Below, one piece after another: positions 1 to 13,380 of a DNA stretch of 64,000 nt. The stretch lies in NCBI GenBank assembly GCA_050084985.1, contig JBITNC010000001.1, positions 126,046,001-126,110,000 of the forward strand, in the 5' to 3' direction. The notes beneath the pieces are model-generated. The model was given only the letters and a program-made list of their open reading frames with translations, did no database searches and had not been told where the DNA came from. The DNA comes from Nageia nagi. Lineage: Eukaryota > Plantae > Pinophyta. Each line of letters opens with the position of its first letter. Within the stretch, counting starts at the first letter, position 1. A program made the translations under genes and the position numbers.

Positions 1-2499
1 TTCAATAGAGGTTTAGAGACATGTAATCTACTAAGCTCCTTACTCATTATGAATCTAGGTACCATGATATCCATGGTTTTGATCTAAAGTCCCTCCTTAA
101 CCTATTCAAAATGTGTATTGCGATGATCCCCTTTGGGTTAACTCCAAAAACCAACATTCATAAGAGACAAAAGAGTCTCAAATTTTGTATATCCTTTTTG
201 TACATTTTTCCCCCTGACAACACTCTATGCAATATGTTATTTTAGTTAATACAAATCTTTTTACTACCAAAAAAGGGGGGGTTTTGAAGTCTCCCCCAAC
301 ATTCTAGGCAGAATTTCCAAATGTATTTCCTTATATTTACATATAAAGATTATGGTAAATTATTTCAAAAGGAGAATAAAGTCTCTATATAATTCTACTA
401 AAATATAAATAAGATAAAAAAAATTTAATAAAAGATTTACCCCACCATTAATATATTGGTTAAATATGGTAATAATAGAATAATAGTATTCAAACTATTC
501 AAAAAAGAATAAAGTTACATTCCTTTATCTCCTTATCCTATCCTAATATCCTATCAAGTTTGATCAAGTTCTTTTATGCTTCATCCACCAGAAGAGATCT
601 TTATTATTAAAATTAAATAAAATAAAGGTGGATCTCTTCATTGAAATAGAAATTATGTTTATGTTTTCTATAAAACTTGTAATATATTCATAAAATATAC
701 ATTTATCCACCACAATGATTTTATTTTTTTCTAGGTTTTCTTTTTGGTATATTTTTCAACTTGAATCTTATGTTTTCTTCTTATGAATCTACTTGATTCT
801 TTCACATTTTTTAACATATTGATCAATAGATAATTGTGTCAACTTTTTACTTAACTTTAAGATGTTACAAAGCATTTTGGAGTGCCTATATAATTATTCA
901 TATTCTATGGATTTTGTTGCATGATCTCAAACTTTCTTCCTTCATAATAAGAGGCAAATTTGGAGTCATATTTATTGATTCTAACAATCTGTATTTTGAT
1001 GAGTTTAGTGATTTTACCCTTTTCTTAGATGAATTAAATAAAATCTCCTTTGTATTATATAATTTATGCCACACCTTATATTCATGATATGAATGAGAGT
1101 AACTTCCATTACCAATACCATGATTTATCTAAATATTATGCTCTCCACCTACCACAACATGCATTGTAATCATCTTCAACAACCCTTTAAATTTTAGAGT
1201 AGAAATATTTCCCACCTAAATAACATTGATTGAATTTTCTAAATATTAGAATAAAAAGGCCATTATATTCATAAGCTTTCTCCTTTGAATATGGTTCATA
1301 ATGGGAATATCATAACTATGAACTATAAAATAGCTATCATCTAATATGAGGAATGACATGATTGGTACTGCAACAATATTCTATAGTTTAGGAAGTGAAT
1401 ATATCATAATGTAATAAATAATAATGTAACAAATGGTAAGTAACATGTTAAATGATTATTAAATTTATAATTTGATAGATTATATGATTGTTAAATCCTT
1501 ACAAAGAATGCATTATATTTTAAATTTACTATAACATAGAAAAATAAATGTACACTCTTACTTTCTAATTTATCATTGTCCCAAGTGTGTTTTAAGTAAT
1601 ATTATAAAGAATTATAATTTGTACATTATCTTGATTATACTCTCTTTTAGTATGATATTATGATAATTTCTAATTGTTAATTGTATATATTTAATTTCAA
1701 TCTATTATCTATCATTTTTAATACTTGTAAAATAGTTAGCTTTTATCAAGACCCCAAAACCTACTAACAAATTCATGAAAAATTTACAAAAATACCACAA
1801 AGGTACACTAAAATTTACAAAACAATCCCCATAATACCTATTATAGCTTAGTCACAACTAAAATCCATCTTAAAATGGGTTGTGACATTGTGCAACTATG
1901 AACTATCTAATATGTTATAAGTGAATACAAATTTCTTTTTATCAATGGTATTGCCTCCCTTTTTATTTGCATTCAAAGTATTTATGGAAATTTTGATTAG
2001 GCTAAGAGAACCCCATACTACTCCAAGGTTTATTACAATCTATTTGCTATATCTTTGAAGGCCTTCTTATCCAAGCTTTATTTATTACTTGGTCTTCTTA
2101 CAAGATTTTGGAAAACATTAGGAGTTTGCTTTACAATTGTGATTGTTCTTTCTAGAAGTAGGACTTCTTCACATTGATCTACTAGAGAATCCTACTATTC
2201 TTGGTCTCTTTCTTATCATTTTTTATTCATTATACATTCTATAAGAGATGATATCCATACATGTTGCTCCTTAACTTGGATCTTCCTCATCATGAATTTC
2301 CTCTATTATTGTACTTCTCTCATTCCATGGTCCTCCTCCCCAATCCATCCTAGCCCTAGAAAATGAATTTTTATGGTTCATTTTTGCATTTGTTTGGTTA
2401 TAACTCCTAGCTTTTATTAATATATTTTGATATTGTATTTATTATTTTTGTACCTATCATCTAATTGGTCTCCATACTCTTATGTCCTCCCTCATTTCA

Positions 2500-3110
2500 T
2501 CGTTATTTACCATTTTTTTCTCTAGATATTCTTTTTAATAATGATCAAATTTTTGGTAGATACTACATTTAATCAGTAGGTTTTCATAAATAATTTTGCA
2601 CTCTAATGAACCTTATTCCTCTTCATTCAAATATCATTCTTTATTTAGCTTCTTTATTATTCCAATATTGATACAAAACTCTAGCATTGATATTTCTCTT
2701 TCCCTATTTATTGACTTTGTATTTAGTGATTAATGATCGATTACTTTTTATAATTATTGCAAGGATTTTAATATTTTAATATTCATTTGGAGAGCCTAGA
2801 ATACTTACCCATATTATAACTAAATCATTATTCTCTATTTAAAGATGGAATCCCCTATGCTAATACTTCAGAATCAATCCCTTCCTACTAAAGACCTATG
2901 GCCCTAATTCAAGAACCTTTTTAAGATCCTCTTCTTATTTGAATATGAAGAACATGAATTCCTTTTGTAATGTAAAAACCTCTATCTAGTCAACTATTAT
3001 CTATTTTTTAATAGTCCACCTCCAAATTTCATCCAATGTATTTTTATTTTATCTTTCTCAAAACATAAGATTTTATTTGAAATTAAAAGTTGAGTTTTAT
3101 TTTCAATAAC
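2500..3110 (-). mobile_element. Degenerate LINE (L1-like) ORF1 remnant (DUF4283 + zinc-knuckle region)
   Basis: Manual minus-strand translation gives FMFFIFK*EEDLKKVLELGP*VF...IWVSILGSPNEY, then FCINIGII...CKIIYENLLIKCSIYQKFDH. This matches the plant LINE ORF1 pattern (EED..VL..GPW.F; WV...GLP; YE.LP..C..C...GH) with many stops. Boundaries are approximate. Confidence 0.55.
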
Positions 3111-5546
3111 CATAGTTTCAAGTTCAACTTCAATGTGTTCTACAAGGTTTTTCTTAGTGATAGGATTTTCCTACAAATGTGGTGGCTTCATATTAGGCCT
3201 ACATCTAGTTTTGTTTATTGCATTATTATTATCATGTGACTACATTCTCAAGAGGTTTGGTTGTGTTCTTTATTTAATACTACTTCATTATAGATTCACT
3301 ATTTTCTAAAATGTACAACATACTCACTTGAAACACCCTAATAAGCTTTCTTACAACTTTTATAATTATGTGATTCATATATGGAAACCTTGAATTTCAT
3401 AAACAAGTATCTATCATTATATAAGGGTAGCTTTGTATATACCTAAAATAAATTAAAGTTATATTTATGTCATCTAATATTTTATCTTCATCAAATGGCA
3501 TATACATGATATCAATAAGAAATTAATATTTCATCTATTATAAGAATCAAGTTGAATCTTATGATTCATAATTTACTTGATCAATAAATTTTAAAAAAAT
3601 ACTAAAATTTAAAATTATCTCATTATTTTTAATATTTATGTAAGGACTTTATATCCTTCTAGTTTAAAAAAATCATTATTTATGTATTAAAGTAGACTTC
3701 CATTAAGAAAAATAATAGGTATAACTTCAACATATGCTATATGTTTACATTGAATATTTAATGCTTGGTCTCTTTAAGTGTCTCAAAAAAATTATTAAAC
3801 TTCATTTTCTCTACTAATTCTACAAGTGTAAATCTTTAATAACCATTGAAAACTAATATTAGATGATGCATTACCTTTGTATCAATGTTTCTCCTTATTT
3901 TATAATTTCTCTTATTTCAAAATTATATCTTAATACACAACTTTATAATAAATTGAAAAGCATTATATTTTTTTATAGAGACGCATTTCTTTAGGAATGA
4001 AAATAAATGCAAAATATTTTATTAATGTTTAATATTAATCTAATAATGTTAAATCAAGACTATTTTATTTTTAAACTTAGAAATAAATATATTAACTATT
4101 GAAACCAAGTGCAATGGGTACACACTAGAAACATATTTGGTTTGTTTCCTATAGTTTATATATAATGATTGTGTGAAATAATATTATTTGTCAATTGTAA
4201 TTGTTGGAAATAAAAAGATTATTTAACAAAGTTTGGAATTTATATTTTTTGAATGCAATTAAACTTAAAAAAATGTATTTTTATCAAATGTAAATGTTGG
4301 AAATAAGTAAAGCATTCCATAAAATTCAAAATTTATATTTTTGAATAAAATTAATTTTTCATCTTTTATTATTAATATAGTTAGTAATGGACATATGAAA
4401 AAAAAAAATTGTTTGTGAAATAAAGATAATAAAAATGTTGAATTACATTGTAATTAATCTAGTTAAATATATAATTAAACAAAGTATACCGATCACACAA
4501 CAAATCTATGCTTTTTATATTATTGGTTGGGTTTTGACAGTATTAACATTTGGGTAATAACAAGAAGTGAAATACAAATTTAATAGCAAGCCTATAACCC
4601 ATAGCCATCAAATTTAGCAACTTACTCTATTTGTCTTAATCAAGGAGATACACATGGGCAACCGACGAAGGTGCTTGATATCGTGGAGGGATCTTTGCAA
4701 TCTGTGATTTTGGAGTTCTACTATTTTAAATATTTTTTAATATTTTTGGTAGTGTGGGGACGACATTAATGGTGATGTTGCAGAAAGCATTGGAGGCATT
4801 CATAATAATTTTGACAATCACGTAGTTGTTGCATCGTGCAGCTCTAAGAGAAGGTATAAACATTCATCAAAGAGTATCTGAACATGTTTTTTATCAAATA
4901 TTATGGTTTTTGATTACTTCGATAGATATGGATGCAAGTTGAAGGTGTATGAGGAAGATACACTATTTATTTGACAATATGCTTATAGAAACACAGTTTC
5001 ATTGACTCCAATATTTCATTGATTGTAATTGCCATGTTTATTCTTTGTATCATATTTCCAAATCACCTGATAAGATTTTATATTGAATGTCGTGGTTTTG
5101 GCTGACCTAATAAGATTACACATACTCTAGGTAAGTGCAATGGAATGATAGAGTTAAATCCTTTATACAATTGGCACTTGTGCACTGTATTTGACTATGC
5201 CCTATTTATAGGCGCAATTTTTGTTAGAATTAAGTTATTAACCCAGATTTCTTCCTACATATGCTATCTTTACTACGTACAGCTACAAGCTCCTTTTTGG
5301 CATATGGAATCTGTACACTCAATAATGCATATCAATTTCAGATATTTACAAATTATAGAGTTTACTATGTTACGACACACGCTGTATAAAGTCGATTTTC
5401 TTTTTAGTAATGTGTTCATGTAATATATCCATTTTTAACAAATGCTTTATTTTTATAAGATAAAAGAGGTATCTACCAGTGTGTGTAGCAGCAGCAGACT
5501 ACAAACCAGAACCCAAGTCGATAGTGAAAATTTGGGAGTCTCAAAA

Positions 5547-5555
5547 AAACCCTAA
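5547..5555 (+). promoter_or_regulatory. Telo-box (AAACCCTAA) upstream of the thioredoxin-like fragment
   Basis: Exact AAACCCTAA about 40 bp before the ATG at 5592, followed by a CT-rich tract, as is common in plant 5' regions. A short motif, so it could be chance. Confidence 0.35.
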
Positions 5556-5591
5556 CCCAAATTAACAACGCCTTTCATCTCTGCTCTTGTC

Positions 5592-5801
5592 ATGTCAGAC
5601 TTACTTCTCTTTCCTCTTCCCTGTGATCTCTCAGTTTCATTCTACGTTGGACTCCCCTCTATTCTCAGTCCATCCATCCCACGGCCTCTTGTCAATAAGA
5701 ATGTCCCAAAGTTCCAAAAGATCTCCAAAGTTACGATTAAGGAGTTGGTCGTAATTTTTTATGCTTCTGGGTGTGGAGCTTGTAAATCTTTGCATTTTAA
5801 G
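5592..5801 (+). pseudogene. Fragment of an atypical Cys/His-rich (Lilium/ACHT-type) thioredoxin-like gene
   Basis: The ORF ends ...KELVVIFYASGCGACKSLHFK, resembling LVVVDFFSPGCGGCKALHPK of ACHT/Lilium thioredoxins. It is followed by a phase-0 AAG|GTATAT donor at 5802. No matching downstream thioredoxin exon was found. Confidence 0.45.
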
Positions 5802-6225
5802 GTATATTACTTTATAGATTGAACGTTTTTTTTTCTTAATGAAAATATGATTGCCCAGGATGCAGTTGCACTTCTAACTGGCTTGTGTGATTTTGGATTG
5901 CATTATTAAATCAGTATTATTAAACAATATACTATGAATTGTTACCAAATATGACAACATAACGGTATGTAGATTCTAGCATGCCTTAATAGAGAGGATA
6001 ACAACTTTATAACCAAGGAATTATAATGAAATGCAATTAGACAGATGTTTCTTTCTTACCAACGGTTTTGTATGTTTCTGCAGATGCAAATACATTAGGA
6101 CTCGAACACTGCATTAACAAGACCCAAACATGTGACTAGTTCTTTCAATGGCATTAAGGATGGAATGCAATGATCGCATGATATATAAAACATATATGTT
6201 GAAAGGGCCGATGAATTTTTTGGCA

Positions 6226-6870
6226 AGATCGTGCGATCTTGGTCTTCAGACTGCACCTGGCAGCTCACTTCCGTTCCTTGTACGCGGGCAGCAGGTACTG
6301 ATCCTCTATCACATTAACTCTCACATACCAAAGCTTGGGAGATAGATAAACCTTACATCGAATACTCGGCACACCTTCCAAGTGCACAATCGCGACAGCC
6401 GAGTGCCATACCTCAGGAAAGGCTTTTTCTGCCTGAGTACCCATCCATACCGCCAGCATAATCTCGCCCTTCATCTTGCTTTCCCCCTTGTAGTCCTCCA
6501 ACCGGAACGACTGGGGCGTCAGAGGGGAATCCGGTTACACCTGTCTGGGATCGTCGTTGAGGTCGAAGGAAACCTTCCTAATGAAATCACCCTTGACGAC
6601 ATCTTTGTTCTTGATAGTAATATCTACCGTTGACGCTTGGATGCGCTCTTTGTTGAAGGAAAAACCTTTCTTCCATTCTGGATTACTCTTCTTTTAGAAA
6701 AGCTTGGCGGTGTCCTTATAGTTTCTCAGTCAGACCTGGACGTGAGGGTCACATCTGCCTGTGATGTCCTTAGCGGGTAGATCCTTAGCCTTCTTCAAAC
6801 GGACGTAGATGTATTGCATCTGCTCCACCAAGTCGTAGATGCTCGTGTGGCGTTCCCCGCCGCGCACCTT
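6226..6870 (-). pseudogene. MCTP/FTIP1/QUIRKY-family (multiple C2 domain and transmembrane protein) pseudogene fragment
   Basis: One frame reads SIYDLVEQMQYIYVRLKKAKDLPAKDITGRCDPHVQV*LRNYK...F*KKSNPEW...VSFDLNDDPRQV*PDSPL...KGEIMLAVWMGTQAEKAFPEVWHS...KVYLSPKLWYVRVNVIE, which are hallmark MCTP motifs. In-frame stops lie at 6730-6732, 6694-6696, 6535-6537 and 6265-6267. The later C2 and PRT_C/TM regions are missing. Confidence 0.92.
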
Positions 6871-8757
6871 CCATACGACATGTGTGCCTCTTCCTCGCCT
6901 AACGCAAGGTCATTGTGACTATAACTTGCAGGGTCATGGTATGAAAACAAATAAAGGCGCTAACTGAGAGGGTCGATGGTGGATGGTTTTTATGCTGATG
7001 GACGATGCGATTGTGTTCGACTTCTACTACTAAGGCTAAACTCTAACTGTTTCCTACGCCGCCTCAAGGGTATATCGACACCTGTGAGGATGCCGTCTCT
7101 TCTCCATCCACTGCTCATGCCACAACTATTCCACATAATGTGAAAGAAATTTTTCAGAATGTAACAATCAAGGCTTCATATAGATTTCCATACTATGAAC
7201 AAATTTTTCAGAATGTAAAAATCAAGGCGTCAGATTGATTTCATGGTATGCTTACTCTATAATAAATTTTTAACCGTAGATTTGAAACTAAGTTTCAAAA
7301 GTTCAAAAGGAGACGTTTACTGCGTAATAAATAATGCAACTATATGTTTTAGGTTTCAGATTGATTTCATGTTTTGCATGCTCTCTAACAATTTCAACGA
7401 ACTTCAAACGCTCAAAGAGGAATGCCTATGACATAATAAATAATGCAACTACATTTTCTAAGAATTATTTAAAAAATTATTACCTTTTTAACAATATTAA
7501 TCTTGAAATAATTCACATTAGAGAAGGGTAATTCATCGATGATATTTTATGGTAATATGTAGAACTATACAAGATCATAATTAGGTTGATAAAAAACACT
7601 CTAAAATAAATATTAATAATGAAGGATAACTAAAAGTAAATGATAAAGTAGTATAAAAAGAAAAAAAATAGAAATAAGAATAACCTGACAAAGAATTATG
7701 CTTGTCACTTGTCCTAAGCATAAATGAGAAACATTATAGAGTTTCATAGGAATGTAATGATTTTCGTTTGAAGTAAAACTGATCTTTGAATTGTATGTTA
7801 ACATTAGCTTGACAAAACTTCATAGGGTGATGTGTTAGTCTTTTAAAAAAATATAATCTAGAGTGATAATGGTTATATTCATCTTTTCTGGTTGATTAAG
7901 GATGTCCTAATATTATGCATGTGAAACATCATTAAAATAAAATGGGTGACAGATCTAATTTCATACATATTTTAAGTTTAAGTGAAACTCATACTTTTCT
8001 TTAAATGAATGATACTACTATGAAAAATGTTTCGCTTGTACATTAAAATGATTAATGCCATGTGTTTAAATTATATTCTAAAAAAAACTAAATTTCAAAT
8101 GATAAACTTGACATGTTTATTTCATTTTTTTTACTAAAATGCATTAACAAGATTCAAACCCACACCCATTGGGTCCTTAAGCCAATGGTTTGACCGCCAC
8201 ACCATCCATAGTTTTCACAGAAGCCTCTCTATCCATACAATTTTACCAAGGGAAGCATTCTCTCTCTACCCATATAGTTTTACCAAGGGAGGAAATTTTA
8301 ATGGTAATTTAGAAAAATACAATGATATCATACATGTAGCAAGGAGGACTCAACTTGAATTCAAATGATTATGCTCACATGCACTTAAAAAACACTTACA
8401 ATCATCATTGCAAATCATAAAAAAAAAGTAGAGAAATAATAATTCAAATATCAATTTAGCTCATTTTATGTGTCTACAAAAACAAATATTTCCTCTCAAT
8501 AAGATTCTTCTTCATACATAGATATATGCTAAAATATATTGTAAATAAATTGATCTAATCTCATGATAGTCTCCAACTAAAATGGGATTAGTAGAAACTG
8601 AGTTCATAAGTGTCCTTTCAAATTTGGGAGTAATCCCTTGGAATCCATATAACCAAAGCCTCACAAAGCAAGAAAAATAATCATTCTGCCATATCAAACA
8701 ATTCCAAATCATTTCGTATAAAACCAATAAATCAATTCATAATACTATCAAGCAACA

Positions 8758-9785
8758 ATGCCCAGACCAAACTGTACAATTTATGTTAGAAACCTTCGAG
8801 ATAACATCCAGAGGAGGAAATCGAAGACCTATTCTGTATGTACGGGTCCATCAACGAGATCCATATGAATAAACCGCCATTGCAACCAACCTATTGTTTC
8901 ATAGATTTTAAGCGCTCCTGCGACGCCAAGGAAGCCTTTCAACGTCGCAACGGCTACAAATTCCATGGCAATCACCTACGCGTGGAGATGTCCCGCAACA
9001 CTTCTCTTGAAAATGAAGCAGATTATTACAATACTTCTTCTACCGTTGGCCTGTGCAGGAGCAGCACGGGCTACATTGTTATTGTTGAGGGTCTTCCTTT
9101 TTCTACATCATGGCAAGACCTTAAGGATCACATTACGAAAGTTAGGGATGTATGTTTTGTTGAAGTATACCATGGAAGGGATGGCGAAATGGGAGTTGTG
9201 GATTACACAAAGTATGCAGATATGAAGCGTGTAGTAAGAAATCTTGATGACTCAGAGTTTCGTAGTAGGTATTATCGTTCATACATTAGGGTTAAGGAGG
9301 ATAAAAGTGAACGTTGTCGTAGTCGAAGCCGTAGCCGTCGCAGAGAACGAAGCCCTAATCGATCAGGAAAATGCAATTGAAGCCGATCTAGAAACAGAAA
9401 CTGCTATTCAGTAGTGAGATCAAGATCAAGGTCTAAGTCACGATCAAGAACAGGATCCTGGTCCAGATCAGTGTCTACTTCAGAATGATGTTCACGTTCA
9501 AGTTCTGGATCTCCTTCCCTATTGAGGAGCAGATCGTTATCAAACTCGAGGGATAGGTCTTGTTCATATTCGAGTGGGTATTCGTTGTCTCGATCTCGTT
9601 CGCAGTCGAGATCTGTATCACGAACTACTAGTTCTCAGTCAAGATCAATGTTTGGATCATCTTCTAGATCAGGTCGTTCAAATTCAGGATCTGAAACTCC
9701 TTCAAAGTCTTTTTCAGGAGATGGATCTGCTACTTCGAGGTCTGTGTCAAGATCACCTTTAAGCAATAGCAAAAGCACGAGATAG
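8758..9785 (+). pseudogene. Intronless (processed) pseudogene of an SR34/SR30 (SF2/ASF-subfamily) serine/arginine-rich splicing factor, copy 1
   Basis: ATG 8758 starts MPRPNCTIYVRNL; a frameshift near 8810 leads into EEIEDLFCMYG...YCFIDF...RRNGYKFHGNHLRVE (RRM1). The pseudo-RRM has SWQDLKDH and LDDSEFRS, followed by a long RS domain. In-frame TGA at 9378-9380 and 9486-9488; stop at 9783-9785. No introns, whereas plant SR34-type genes are multi-exon. Confidence 0.9.
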
Positions 9786-10639
9786 ACTTTACCAACCTCT
9801 CTGACTTACAATCTTCATTATCTAATAGATTTTTTTATTGAATACTCTAAGAAAATTATTAGTATATATAATTTTAAATTTATGTGAACATTACCATAAA
9901 CTGACTTTATCTTCAATTCATCCTATGCCACATAGTTTAGCCCAAAAGTTATTAAAAGTTTTGAGAGGCAACCAATTGAACATTGTATTCCATAAAAACA
10001 TCAAAAAAAAATTACATTTAAGAATGGAGGTATATTAACTCTCATAAAACTAACTTCAATAATCTAATAATCTCACTAATGTATTATTAAACATTAATCG
10101 TATTATTTATTTTAACAAAAGTAATATTTTTCTTATGTTTAATTAGTTTTTTTTTAAGTAGTCCTATCTTATAGTTATCATATTTTTTTATTAATATTTG
10201 TAAGAATATCTTCTTAATGGTAGAAGTTTTATAATAAGACACAAAATAATTTTTAGTAATACAATATGTATATAAGAAACCATTTTGATTTTTATAGATG
10301 TGAAAAATGGTCAATTTAAAGATATGTGAAATATTAATGAATTGAAGAAACATTATGATGCAATGTCCAATTGGAATTTATTTCTAATTGACCAATTCTA
10401 AATAAAGTATTTTAAAGAAATCATATATCCATAACAATAATGTTTTATCTGAACATAATACCAAAGTAACTATATTTGTTTTTGTATATACAAAATGAAT
10501 AGAAAGGATTTTAAGTTACTATAGTTATTGATAAGGGGTAATATTTAATAAATGATGTACCATGCAAAATGTATGAGCTTGGGATCAAGGCAAAATTTAA
10601 ATATATATTCTATCATAGACTTGTGTCATGGTGTCCAGA

Positions 10640-11350
10640 AAAGGTAGTTTGACATGTTAATATTATTCTTCCTACCATGATCATTATGACATGATAGTAA
10701 CCCTCAACTTTAATACATAATGTATGGCATCTTGTAAATAATCACAATTTATTTCATCTTATTTGTAATATAAAAAATTCTAGAAAAGATTATAATGGGT
10801 GGAAATTTATATTTCTACAAACTATTAATATCTATAAGTTTTGAAATTCCCTAATGAGAAAGATGAATGGGGATGAAATTGTGCATATAGGGAAAGAAGA
10901 GAGCCATCTCATTGAAATAATATTGATCACTAAATATTTTAAAATTACATAATAAAAAAATTCAAATTCTATAACCTACCCAATGAGGTTAAGGTTTGAC
11001 AAACTACCAAGCTTTCTAAATAATCTTGATAAAAAAAGGAACCTATTATTTTAATTAGTTTAAGAGTAATTAATACAGTGTAGAAATCAACACCTCTTCA
11101 ACATTATTTATCTTAAAGGAACTTGATAAAATGTAATGATGTGAAAGAACTCTCTATGCCTCCTTTTTCAAATATTTAGTTATCCATTTAACATAATGTT
11201 CTAGACCTCATCTTTAAATATTAATTAAACATATTCCTCTAGAGTTTTTTACAACACAATAAGAGGCCTCCCAAGAAACTCTATGAAAGTTATATATAGA
11301 GGAAGAAGCTAAAGGAACTTATTTATTATATCAAACCTTCTAACTTCTTG
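10640..11350 (+). mobile_element. Possible highly decayed LINE reverse-transcriptase remnant
   Basis: Only weak RT-like peptides (MIVTLNF; GMKL..., SHLIEII) in roughly the expected order. Heavily disrupted. Confidence 0.25.
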
Positions 11351-13271
11351 TAATAAGTAATAGAAGAGACCCCATATAAGGAGTACTAGATATGAATTGT
11401 TATAAAATCTTATAAATAAATCTTAAAAAATTAACTAGATATAATAGCTTGGTGAACTAATTATTTAGGTTACATGAAACTTTATAAAATATATTGTACC
11501 AAAAGTAGTACAAGATGCTCCAAAATAAATAAATAAATGTTTAAAAATGTAAATAACTCATCTAGTTACATCTACTTTACACATGTATTTGATTTTTATT
11601 TAGTAACTTATTTTAGATATCTAGGTATTAAAGTAATTTAATTCTTTATTTTTCAATATTTATGGAATATAGTGCAATTTCACCCCTTTCTATCCCTTTA
11701 CGAATTGGTCCAATGTGTGCTAGCTAAGAATGTGCCTTGGAAAAAAATGAAACCTCTCATATATTTACAAGAAGAAGGATGTAACATTGATAGTATTTGT
11801 ATATTGATAGATTGTACTAAATTCTATGCTTAGTGTTTCTTGATGCCACATATCAAGTCTAGATTTTTATTGTAATGTATTATTATGTTCTTTATTTACA
11901 ATATCATAGTTAGGTTTGAAAATGAATTCATATGATTTTAGGGTGGATAATCATACGTCAGCACTCTATGGTATGCTAGCATTTTGTGTGTAGCAGGAAA
12001 GAAGGTTTGAACTTGGGGAGTGAGTCATCTAGATCCTATGGAGGCCATATCTAGGCTATGATTAACATAATACTAGTAAAGGATAGGTTTGTAGTCATTG
12101 TATTCAAGGTTGATTAGTTCAAGAGCTAGATCTAGTGTATTGCAATCATTCCTTTTAGTGCTTTAATTTACTTTATTATTTATTCTAATTAATATTGAAT
12201 GAATTAGTCTTAAATATAATTAAATCAATTTTTAGTATCAACAAATTAGTGAACCTAACATTTTCTTTTCAAACCATAGGATATTGAGCATTGCATTTTT
12301 ACATGGAGATTTTCATTAGAAAGCTTAGGTTTTATTTTCTTTATGATTGCATCCATATTTTTACAAAAAAATAAAATAAAAAATATTTCTTCAGAATTAT
12401 TAAAAAGTAAATGAATTTTATTTTATGAAAATTATTTTTTGGGAAAAGTTTTAAATTTTAAAGGTTATTTTATTGATTTTTATGAGATATTACATTGAAT
12501 AAATTATGTAGCTTTTCCTACCACTCTTGCTTCTTCCATTGGTACTTTCTTTATGTAGCAGGATATTGATGTACATCATCAAGGATATAAATTTTAATTT
12601 GGGTGTCTATTTGAGCCTTTCTTTTTTAGTGTAAGTAGAATTGTAAGAAGATTGCTAGTGAGGCTAATCCTACTATCCTTAGGTCCATTTTGACACTTCT
12701 TAGGGCCCCAAATCATCCCTTCATAGCAAAAAATTGGCTCTAAATATAATTTTTTATTTTTATTATGATTAAGAAATTTTAATATCATTTCTTATATGAG
12801 TATAAGATTATATATATTTTGGTAGTCTTAATTAGTGAATAATGGATGCATGATTCAATTTTAGAATAAATTGATGCTATGTTTAAGAATTATTAATAAT
12901 AGTAAGTCCTTGTTTGATTCATTATCTTGCAAAATTACCTTGGGGTCAATTATTGGTCTCTTGTAGTGAATCTACATAAAAAACATTTCCCAACTTGTAG
13001 ATAAATATAATTGAAAAATAGTTATGATTTTGTAAGGTTTAAAAGAGAGTATTTGGATGGATTTTTTACTAATTTTGACTTAGTAATATTAAATCTTACA
13101 TTTTTAAAAATCATGAATAAAAATAATTATTTTGATTAAAAAAATTGATGAAACCAACCTTGTGGGCTGATTTCTTAGAATTAGATTCTATGTCTAAGGG
13201 GTTCTCTTCCATCAAATTCATCCATAAGATCTCATCCATGCCAACATGGTCACCCATCAATTGGCCTTATC

Positions 13272-13380
13272 ATATCCACATGATGTGAGAGGAGATAGTT
13301 TTGAACTTGGGACCTCCCTTTTCCAACTTGAGAGTTTTATCTTCCAACTCCTGACCAACTCCCCTCACATCATTGGATAT
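13272..13380. mobile_element. 109-bp foldback element (MITE-like) with ~28-bp imperfect terminal inverted repeats
   Basis: The 5' end ATATCCACATGATGTGAGAGGAGATAGTT aligns with the reverse complement of the 3' end, ATATCCA-ATGATGTGAGGGGAGTTGGTC. Confidence 0.6.

Noticed and set aside
1-1250. Possible LINE RT (NRGL..., YCDD) and gypsy protease (ISTLKFKGLL) traces
   Set aside because: Too degenerate to place boundaries or assign a family with confidence.
6940-7130. Peptide SMVDGFYADGRCDCVR loosely resembling a second thioredoxin motif
   Set aside because: No proper CxxC spacing, and stops occur in the surrounding frames.
7148-7460. Short local duplications (TTTTTCAGAATGTAA.AATCAAGGC; TAATAAATAATGCAACTA)
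   Set aside because: Two-copy slippage-type repeats with no further structure.
8149-8208. tRNA/SINE-like stem-loop on the minus strand (…GGTGTGGGTTTGAATC)
   Set aside because: No complete cloverleaf or acceptor stem; at most a decayed SINE head.
8838-9380. 180-aa ORF as a functional SR protein
   Set aside because: It starts inside RRM1 after a frameshift, lacks RNP2 and stops early in the RS domain. It is better explained as part of a pseudogene unless reads show assembly errors.
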